From Strigamia acuminata (lineage: Eukaryota), in NCBI GenBank assembly GCA_949358305.1, contig OX442314.1, positions 17,422,001 to 17,486,000 of the forward strand: 64,000 nucleotides of DNA. The letters run 5' to 3'. Positions 53,626-64,000 of the stretch are shown here, piece by piece. The number at the start of each line of letters is the position of its first letter. Positions within the stretch are counted from its first letter, which is position 1. A program made the translations under genes and the position numbers. The notes beneath the pieces were generated by a model. It saw nothing but the letters and a program-made list of their open reading frames with translations. It made no database searches and was not told where the DNA came from.

Positions 53626-56368
53626 TTATTCTTCTGAAGAACTAGAAGATGATGAACTAGAAGACGAACTAGAAGAAGAAGAAGAACTAGAAGAAGAATC
53701 AGAAAAAGAACTAGAAGAAGAATCAGAAGAAGAACTAGAAGAAGAAGAACCAGAAGAAGGACGACCAGAAGAAAGACGACCAGAAGAAAAAGAACTATCC
53801 AGGTCATTTAAAATGATAAAAGAAAAAAGAAATTTAAATTAAACTCAAATCACAATATTTGTAGTGGCATACGAATATAATACCTGGGGTTTTTAGGCAA
53901 ATAAATTTGACGAAAATCAAAATGGTAGCCTCCTTTGTGTCGGCCTGTCGAACTCGTGCCTTTTGGAAAACCATAGTCCAAGAAAGATTTCACGAAATAA
54001 TATACGGAATTGACAATGTCATCTTCAGTAAGGTTTTCTAAGAGTTTGCCTAGTTTTGCAACCCAGTCTACTTCTGCTTTATAATTTTGTCCACTAACTT
54101 TGTCTAAATTTGATGAAAAAAATATCATTATTTTGATTTAAATATGTATTGAAACCTCCTCCTAATCTTTGCAGTTGCCTCTTGCCTTTTATGTTTTTAT
54201 TTTGCTGGTTTGCTGTGCGAGAACTGGGTCTTTTTGTGGTCTTATCACGATTACCTTTACGGTACGGGTGATGTGGGCCATGTCTACCACCTTCATAATA
54301 ACCTTGATAACGATAAAAAGAAGAATTGAGATTTTAGTTTTGAGTGAAATTTACACTCATGGCATACCGGTGTTCAAAAATATGTATTTTTGTGTTTTTT
54401 TGAATTTTATGATTTTATGCTTTAACACCAGAAATTTTTTAACACCTATTTTGGCTGAATTTCGTATATGCCTACATTTTTTTCATTATAACAGTAAGTC
54501 GTGCAAATGTCTGAATTTTTTATTTCACAAATGGACATGGAGTAGCAGGATGAGTTTAATTTTAAAAAATCTAAAAACTAAAAACTAAAAACTGCCCATA
54601 TCTCTGCAACGGTGCCAGATATGCAAATTCCAACCGGGAGAATCGATTTTTTTAGGTCATTTTATGTCTAATCAGCACATTTTTAGCACTTTTTCTTAAA
54701 AATTTAGTACAAAAGATTTGAGGAGTAGTCATTTTTAGACTAAATAAATGTTGCTCTACAAGTTTACAATTGGAGATTTCTGTCTATCTCTAACGGTTTT
54801 CGAGATAATTTTCCAATGACCTTGAAGGAACATCCCAAGGTCAAATTTTGGGTCACCAAAAGATTGCCCCACCCAACTTTAATACTTTGCCATCATTAGA
54901 TTAGATGCATTGTCAGCCCTTTCAGAAATATTTAGTAGAGAACCAGACTTTTTTACCACCCTATATAAAATCTAAAGTAATCATCGTCTTTTCGTGGGAA
55001 ATTGTGGGATTTTTTCCGGGGCCCTCGATGGGTGGTGACTCCCAAGCAACTGCTGATTTTTCTTATGCATAAATCCGGCCCTGCCCCTCAATATTTAACT
55101 TGCACAAACCATTTCAAAAACACACACATACAAACAAAACAAATATGTGATTTGTCAAAGTAATAATTCTATCACTTGTTCGCTGAAGAGAATTTTAGAT
55201 TTTTGTTTTTTCATGATTGAATTTGGCATTAAGATATAGTGTGCAGACTACTTTCCAAAACCATAAGGTTTCGTCGATGTTTTCAGCATGAAAATGTTCT
55301 ACAGCGAAATATTTCATCATTTATTGGAAGCAAATTCCATAAATAATTTATAAATTTTTTTCTTTTTTAATTTATAAGTTGCTAGTTATGTGATTCGGTC
55401 ATTTATTGTACTTACGTCCCTCAAAATCTTCATTGCTCTCGCTGATAAAACCCTGCAAATAAAAATTTTTTAAAAAAAAAATCAGGTATAAGCATGTGTG
55501 AAATTTGTCATCTTTCTGGAATCACTTGCTGTCGGCGTTCCCGGATCTCTATCAAAATCCAAAGAATTTTTTTTAAATAACTCCGGTATGGAGTAAATCT
55601 GGAGAGAATAATTAAAAGTTTGCAAAGAAAAGTAAATAAATTAGATTTTAACAAGTTCTTTTTTTTTGTCAAAAAAAAATTGAACATAAATCTCGTTTTG
55701 CCTTTGCTTTTAAGTAATGGACTCCACTAAAAAAAAACCCCATTGATATAAGTTACCCTTTTTAGTTTGCATTAAGAGTTGATTTACATACATATCCTGC
55801 AAATTCCGTCTTAAATTTTGTAAGATTTTTTTAACTCTTGAACTGCTTAGAGTTATCAATTTTAAAAACATGATGAATCCACCAAACACTACTTGTAATC
55901 CAGTCTCAGTCACATGGAATCAGATCCCTAGCTAAACTTCCAATAATCTTTAGAGTTTATTTTGATGGAAAACGTCAGACTTACAAAAATATAATCGCTT
56001 TTATGCGGAATTATAAATTGAGCTCCTTCAATAAACTCTGATGGTGCTGTTGCTTAGCTTTGCCAAAGAAATTTTGGTTAGCTATAACATCAAATATTAA
56101 AAAGAATTGAACTAACAATACGGTAGTCTACTATTAATTTATTATTGATGATTACATACCTTCTCTGCGTATTCAATGTCTTTGCTTCTCAGTCTAGCTT
56201 TATACATCTGGCTAAACATTTGTGTGGATGGAATCTGAAAAAATAAAACATGCAAAGAATTAAATAAATTATATTTAAAAAAATATTAGAACAACAATTA
56301 GACATTACTTTTGACAAAATGACAATGAATCCAAGGAAGAAAATTGATATTTGGATGTTTAGCAACAT
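53626..56368 (-). CDS. Secreted Ser-rich protein, paralog C; exons 56368-56309, 56234-56160, 55598-55530, 55452-55416, 54103-53884, 53794-53626
   Basis: Signal exon MLLNIQISIFFLGFIVILSK, ESNEDF exon, 220-nt exon almost identical to paralog A, poly-Ser last exon ending SSEE-stop; intron 3 needs a GC donor (gcaagt). Confidence 0.65.
54548..55085. mobile_element. Transposon-fragment patch replacing part of intron 4 in paralog C
   Basis: No homology to A or B; contains ends resembling Tc1-like (CACCCTATA at ~54960) and hAT-like (TAAATCCGGCCCTG at ~55080) termini as recalled. Confidence 0.45.
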
Positions 56369-56832
56369 CCTGGTGTTTCACAAATGATATGATACTCCTT
56401 ATTACAAACCAACAATAACTTAATGTTCCTTTGTTTCATATGTTCTCTAATTTTAATTTGAATAAAAATAATGCAACTTTAATGCTGATAATTTTTTATA
56501 GTTCTTTATTCGTATTTTTGATTTTTTTAAACAAAACCCAAAATTATAAATACAGTACGGTACCGGTACTATAAAACAGATCCATTTCTGTGGGGCGCCG
56601 TACATTTCACTGCAGAAATAAGATTGGTTTTGTGCACAATGTTGTTACTATGTGGCACTGCTAGTGGAATCATTTGATCCAGTTTTGGTTCCAGACAAGT
56701 TTTTATTTGCTGTGGTGATAAAATGATGTATAATCTCGTAGCCAGATTTCAAACATGAAAGAATAGTTGATTTGGAACCAAATTCTTTATTTATCTATTC
56801 TGAGGAATTTTAACATCTGCTGATTTGATGTA

Positions 56833-56896
56833 CAATCGTGGACAAAAAATTGTCTCCTTTTCCAAAAAAAAGCGAGAATTTTTTTGTCCACGATTG
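56833..56896. mobile_element. 64-bp mini inverted-repeat element
   Basis: CAATCGTGGACAAAAAA...TTTTTTGTCCACGATTG inserted after TA; empty site in the paralogous region near 43730. Confidence 0.75.
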
Positions 56897-58301
56897 TTCC
56901 ATTTCACTCACATTTTATTTAGAAAAAAGCTTTGTCCATATCCTTTGAATCTGCAATAAACTTGACTATTATTTTATACGCGTGGTTATTTATTGCCATC
57001 ACTTTGAACAAAAAGTACTGTAATACAAATTTCTTAAGTTGTACCTTGGAATTATAAAGTGAATTATAAAGGGTGGGTAGCACTCACAAGTCAGGCAGTT
57101 CCTAGGACCAACCAACTCAGACTTGAAAAAAAAACAGACGAACACTTGGCACCGAGCGCCACCCTCGGCGGATTTTGACAACAATGGAGACTCGATCCGA
57201 CTCGATCAAACTAAAAAGCTGTTGAAGGAGCAACAATTCAAATTGAATTTGTGCTGTCGGTGGACCTGTTTAAGATTTGCATCATTTTACCTGTCACACT
57301 TTAATGGATAGTCGTTTTTCCGACGAAAATAAAATAATGTTGTCATCTTGATGAACACACAATAGTGATTTTGATTGACATTTCAATTTTTGGTTACACT
57401 TTCAATTTCAATAAGAGAATTTTTGTACAATTTGAGTTTTTATTACTAGAATTAGAATCTTAGAGATTTTTTTCTGAATGCAAACACAAATTGCAAATGG
57501 CTACTACGGTACTGAAAGGGAAATAATCCATAGTATTTGTAATCGCCACGCGCCAGTAGAAATAATTATTGACGAGTCTCTTCACTTAATAATTTATTAA
57601 ATATTCTCAATCTTCGACAGCGACAGCGACAGTAAGTTGACAAACATTGAAAAGATGAAAATAACATTTCAAATTCACTTTTACACATCAAAACATTCTA
57701 TCAAATTATTTTGAATTATTTATATTCGTATCGTTGCGCATCTTCATATTCATATTTTCATTTTCATTTTGCTTTTGACTTTAGATTTAATTTTTTTTGA
57801 AATTATAATTATGATTATTATTATTATTTTCTTTAAGATAACGTTATTCTGTGCCACTTCTCTGCTTTAAAATTTGGAAAAGTCATGTGGTAATGTGGTA
57901 AGTCCATACAACAAAGCCGTCGAACCATTTTTATTCTTTATTTATTCTTTCTTGTAAGAAATTTGAAGGAGAAATATACGAAGATTATTCTTTTCACTAT
58001 TTATGTATTCATCAAGCTGAAAACATTATTTTATTTTTATTTACCGTCATTTTATGTTGTCTTTAATTTTAGAACAGTTCATCCTTTGCCAACCGGGAGG
58101 TGTTTCGAGTTCAAACAAGCTTCCATTTATTTATCACAAAGGATTTTCCCTTGATCTAACTTGTAACCGCCATACAGTTTGACGTACGCGTAGTCATAGT
58201 ATGACGTAGTGCATATCGTTCGGTAGATACGTGTCAATAGAATAAGAAATAAAATAAATAAATATTTAATGAATCAACAACAACGCTATCAGTTGAGTTT
58301 T

Positions 58302-58309
58302 TATCGATA
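58302..58309. promoter_or_regulatory. DRE-type core promoter motif TATCGATA upstream of TMEM222
   Basis: Exact palindrome about 120 nt before the ATG; typical of arthropod housekeeping promoters. Confidence 0.5.
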
Positions 58310-58426
58310 AATATAACCAATAATCATTAATCATTATCATATCTACTCAAAAAGAAATCACGAGGAAACTTCGATAAATATGTTATTTTGTTGAAAGATG
58401 TCGCTACTGTATCAGATGTTTATGCA

Positions 58427-59247
58427 ATGGCCGCTACAGTTGTCCATAAACATTCAAACGTAAAGTTGGAAAGCAAACTCAGTTCACCGCCAAGTTTAGA
58501 AAAAATCATCATTGATATGGATCACAGTCGTTCGAGGTACCCATACTGCATTGTATGGACCCCAATCCCAGTACTGACGTACGTATTTTAAAAGAAAGAT
58601 AAAGATAATCTGATAGAGTTACAAAAAAAATTTTCAGATGGATATTCCCTTTTATAGGACATATGGGAATTGCTATGTCTTCAGGTGTTATCCGTGATTT
58701 TGCTGGTCCCTATTATGTTTCGGTAAATGTTAATTAACACCATCACAAATGACAAACATCATTACACATTTATTTTGTGATATTTTAGGAAGATGAAATG
58801 GCATTCGGCAAACCAGCGAGGTAAATTAATAATTTAAATAATTGATGAAACAAATAACTAAATTTAATGTATTATTGCTTTCAGATACTTAATAATGGAT
58901 CCACACAAAGCACAGAATGGATCAACGGGTTGGGACAGGGCAGTGATTGAGGCGTCTGAAGAATACAAAAATAGAATGGTATAGTTAAAGTATTGGTAAC
59001 AATTTGTTTATAACATTTTTATATTTTTTGGCAGCACAATTTAGTGTTTGATAATTGTCATTCCCACGTCGCAATGGCGATGAATTTGATGCGCTACGAC
59101 GACCGGTACAACTGGAACATGATCAAATTGGCGTGTAAAATGTTTATACGTGGAAAGTATGTGAACAAATGTGCGATAGCTCGTACGTGGGTTCCGTTTT
59201 TAATCAATGTCACGTTGGTGACGTTGATTTTACTTTTTTTATTTTAA
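58427..59247 (+). CDS. TMEM222: Transmembrane protein 222 (DUF778/RTE1 family); exons 58427-58578, 58638-58722, 58789-58820, 58885-58978, 59035-59247
   Basis: [27 protein letters not shown]...[20 protein letters not shown]...[17 protein letters not shown] motifs; all junctions GT-AG and in phase. Confidence 0.95.
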
Positions 59248-59629
59248 AATTCATCACTGGTAATTTAATACTCGTCAAATATCTATCATCGATTTTTATT
59301 AAGTTCTCTGTACAATTATTTAAAAAGTTAAATTATTTTTGTCTAAAAACTAAGTCAATAAAAGTTGTGATGCTTAAATTAAGCGTAACAATAATTATAC
59401 ATGCACAAACTAATAAAAATATGCGCTAAATTTCGACAACATTGATAACTCAATTTACGAACACAAGACATCAATACAGGAAAGTTTCATGAAATAGAAT
59501 TTAAAAAATAAACATTAACGGCACATTGTTACAATGTGGCATGTCTACTTCGAAAAATCATTTACATATTATTACATAATACAGTTTGAGCTTGGTTAGT
59601 CATTAATGTACTAGTGAATTCAACTGTTT

Positions 59630-61184
<1,555 letters not shown>

Positions 61185-63028
61185 GTTGTTTTTCCTGCAT
61201 TGCATAAAAACGGAAACGGTAAATCGTATATTTTTATTACGATAGAATAAGGTTAGTGTGCGTTTTAAACACTAGATGGCAACATCGCAAAGGCAAAATT
61301 ACGCAACATAACGATTTTACTATTTTTTTTTTCTTCTGTATAATTTTTTATTTCATTGTATTGTGTTTATACTGCCCATTCGACCAGGTTTTTTTGTCCT
61401 TCTCTTGTTTTTCAGTTTCGTGTAATTCTTTTTCTAACTTCTCTTTTCTTTACGAAAAAGCAAGTTTTGTTTTTCTATTCTTAAAAACCTTCGTGATTTA
61501 AAGCAAAATTTGCCCAAACAGAAGTAAATAAAAAAATACTTACAGTTGAAGTATAACAATGTGCTAGCTCAGATTGTTGTGATTAGCGCCACCGCAGGAG
61601 CAAATAGTGTTAGCGTGTAGAAGCTTGTGAGCCTTGCAGGATTAAATATTGCATTACAAAATCGCCAAACTTGTCTGAAATGATCATTTCAGAAGACGCA
61701 TCCTCTTAGGATGCGGAAATATTGATGAATTAGTGGCTATAGTAACAATTAACCTTTAAGCTGGTGTATTTATAATTCTGTTTAAATCGAGCCTCGGAAA
61801 TTCCCTAACCTACCATATCTACTCTACCGTAAACCTTCCAAAGATGGATGAGCCAATTAAATAATTCCATTATTTCGTTTTCCAAAATGCTTCTTCATGC
61901 TCTCTAATACACAAAGGTCAACTGGTATCACCCCAACTGGTATCACATAAGATAAAGTCAATTATTCTTAATCAAAAGAAAACAATTTTTCTTCGCGCTA
62001 ATGTAATTGAAACAATGATGAATAATTTATTTTTTTCTTTAATACGAATGCTTAAAAGTGTGTTTAAAATTAATCCACTTAAGTAGTTCAATCCAATAAA
62101 CGTAATTGAAGCGCATTTATTCAAATTACACTTATTACGCAATGTCAGTTGCTGGTCGTTTCGGCTTCCACTCGTCGACAAATCTTCTCTATTATCTCGC
62201 AGTGAAGCAGTACGAACTCGAGTCTTGATCTGCACGGATCAAAATTTTATCTGCGAGTTGAATTGAATAAGAACAAAGCAGAAAAATGCAATTTATTTTT
62301 CTTCGTATTCTCAAAATAAAAAAAAATTAAATTAAATTAAATTGCAAAACGAAATTTTTAAAAGGCAACTTTTGCCTTGATATTTTAATACAATTAAAGT
62401 TGAAAAAAAATACATTGATGATGCAATGCAGGTGAAGTTTCTGGCTGGCCAGAGTATTTTTGGTAATGATTAATAAAATAACACCTGTGAGTATTAGTTG
62501 TGTCGTACGATACATTGCAAACTACACTCCTAAAAAACTAAGTGCATCGTACATGAATTAATAAGATGCTTGTGCTAGTCCTTATTTTAGGAATTATTAC
62601 ATTAATCCTAATAGTTGTTTGCATGGGCATTTTCCGGGACAAAATAAAATCGTGGTGCAGCTGCTGCAAAAAATAATTTCCTACCAGAACAACTGGAGAG
62701 AACAGTAAAGCAAGTATATAAAAATCCTTATTTAAAATTTGAACTATAAAAAAGTTAATCAATATTGGTTGATTTTACGATAATGTTTTAATTATCCATC
62801 TCTGCTCCCATTAATTTTTCAAAGTTTAAAACGCAGAGATGATAATAAATGTGTAAATTGAAAGCTAGATGCTGCTTACATTTTATTGGTCATTCAATAC
62901 ACGTGGCATCACTCTCTCTCTCTTGAAAAGAAAGGGTAGGGTAGCTGATGGGACATTCACCCATCTATGAATGCGCGGTTTTCCGTGCGCACTAGTAATA
63001 CTCATTCAAAATCCATTCCAGCTGGAAG

Positions 63029-63680
63029 ATGCAAGGTGCATTAGTGCATATCGTTGTTATTACTATTTTATTATTAAGTACAGTTGACAATGTCCTAAAA
63101 ATATGTTTTCCACGAGGTCCATTTGAGAAATGGAAGCCACCACCTTTGAGTCACGTCCTCTCAGACTCAGACATTGTTTACAGTGTCTCAGCTAATCAAA
63201 TCATCACACAACCCATCATTGCTTTTCTGTGTGACAATGACACACCAATTTCCAATAGTAACGCTAAGTTAATCAACTTTAGTCACCCGATTTTATTTAC
63301 TATTAGTTCTCATATTGTTCCCAACTACGTCAATTCATCTTCTGATTATGATGGACAACTGTGTCAATACGCTGCTAATGATTTCCCGCTTTCTTCCCCT
63401 AGACGTTTTGATAGACAGTGGTCAAGGTACGTCAATAATTACTTCATTTCAATTGTATATTTCTTTCTATTGATTTTTTTTCAATTAGTGTAATTTGCTC
63501 AGAAAAATATAATAAAACCACATTGCCACCTATCAAGATTTATGACAATATGTTAATCGCACAAGGTTTATATCATACTAAACCTACAAGTGAAGCAAGA
63601 GTTTTTCAATTTACACTCGTTGACGATTCCAGTATATCAAATATCACCAACCCTGTGCGAGTAACAGGTGGGAGAATCGT
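63029..63680 (+). CDS. Uncharacterised, probably secreted protein, 5' exons (63029-63426, 63489-~63670); may continue beyond the window
   Basis: Hydrophobic N-terminus; AG|gtacgt donor and attag| acceptor join the two ORFs in frame; no family recognised. Confidence 0.5.
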
Positions 63681-64000
63681 AAATTGTGTTCTGTTTTCTT
63701 CTAACTCGATATTATTTTATTTGTTGATGCCTCATTTTAAACATTTTTATTATTATTGACCAGTTCCAGCAATAAAAATTAGCAGTGCATTTACCTTTTA
63801 ATGAATACGAGTCATGTTGTCAATTATTTTTAAAATTAATCGTTTTACTACAGCGCTTCAAAGTGACCGAGTTTGTTAATTAGCGTTTGATTGAGGTAAT
63901 TTATTGAGATCAGTTTTCGGAACTCACAATCTCGAGGGAGTTTTTCTCGGGTTTTTCAACCTTCGTAGTAAATCAATTCCAAACAAATTGCCAGGGCATT

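Overview
AT-rich animal genomic DNA, probably a non-insect arthropod, with many short GT-AG introns. 1-31 kb: the 5' part of a large minus-strand gene with an N-terminal LIM-type zinc finger and several candidate alternative first exons in long introns (identity uncertain, possibly Rap1GAP-like). 31-39 kb: a DIRS-type tyrosine-recombinase remnant, cytidine deaminase, a 1-kb near-perfect palindromic element with a tRNA-Ser-derived sequence in each arm, and a Ski/Sno gene preceded by a 99-codon upstream ORF. 40-57 kb: a tandem cluster of three paralogous six-exon minus-strand genes for secreted proteins. Two end in poly-Ser tails. The third ends in a 2.9-kb exon of 108 indel-free 27-bp units encoding RAYEDTYNT/RAYEDKHKP repeats, in a frame the ORF track misses. 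58-64 kb: TMEM222, FoxJ2/3 and the start of an uncharacterised secreted-protein gene. Several MITEs and a probable solo LTR are present. All exon models were built by eye from splice signals and phase; none is confirmed by transcript data.
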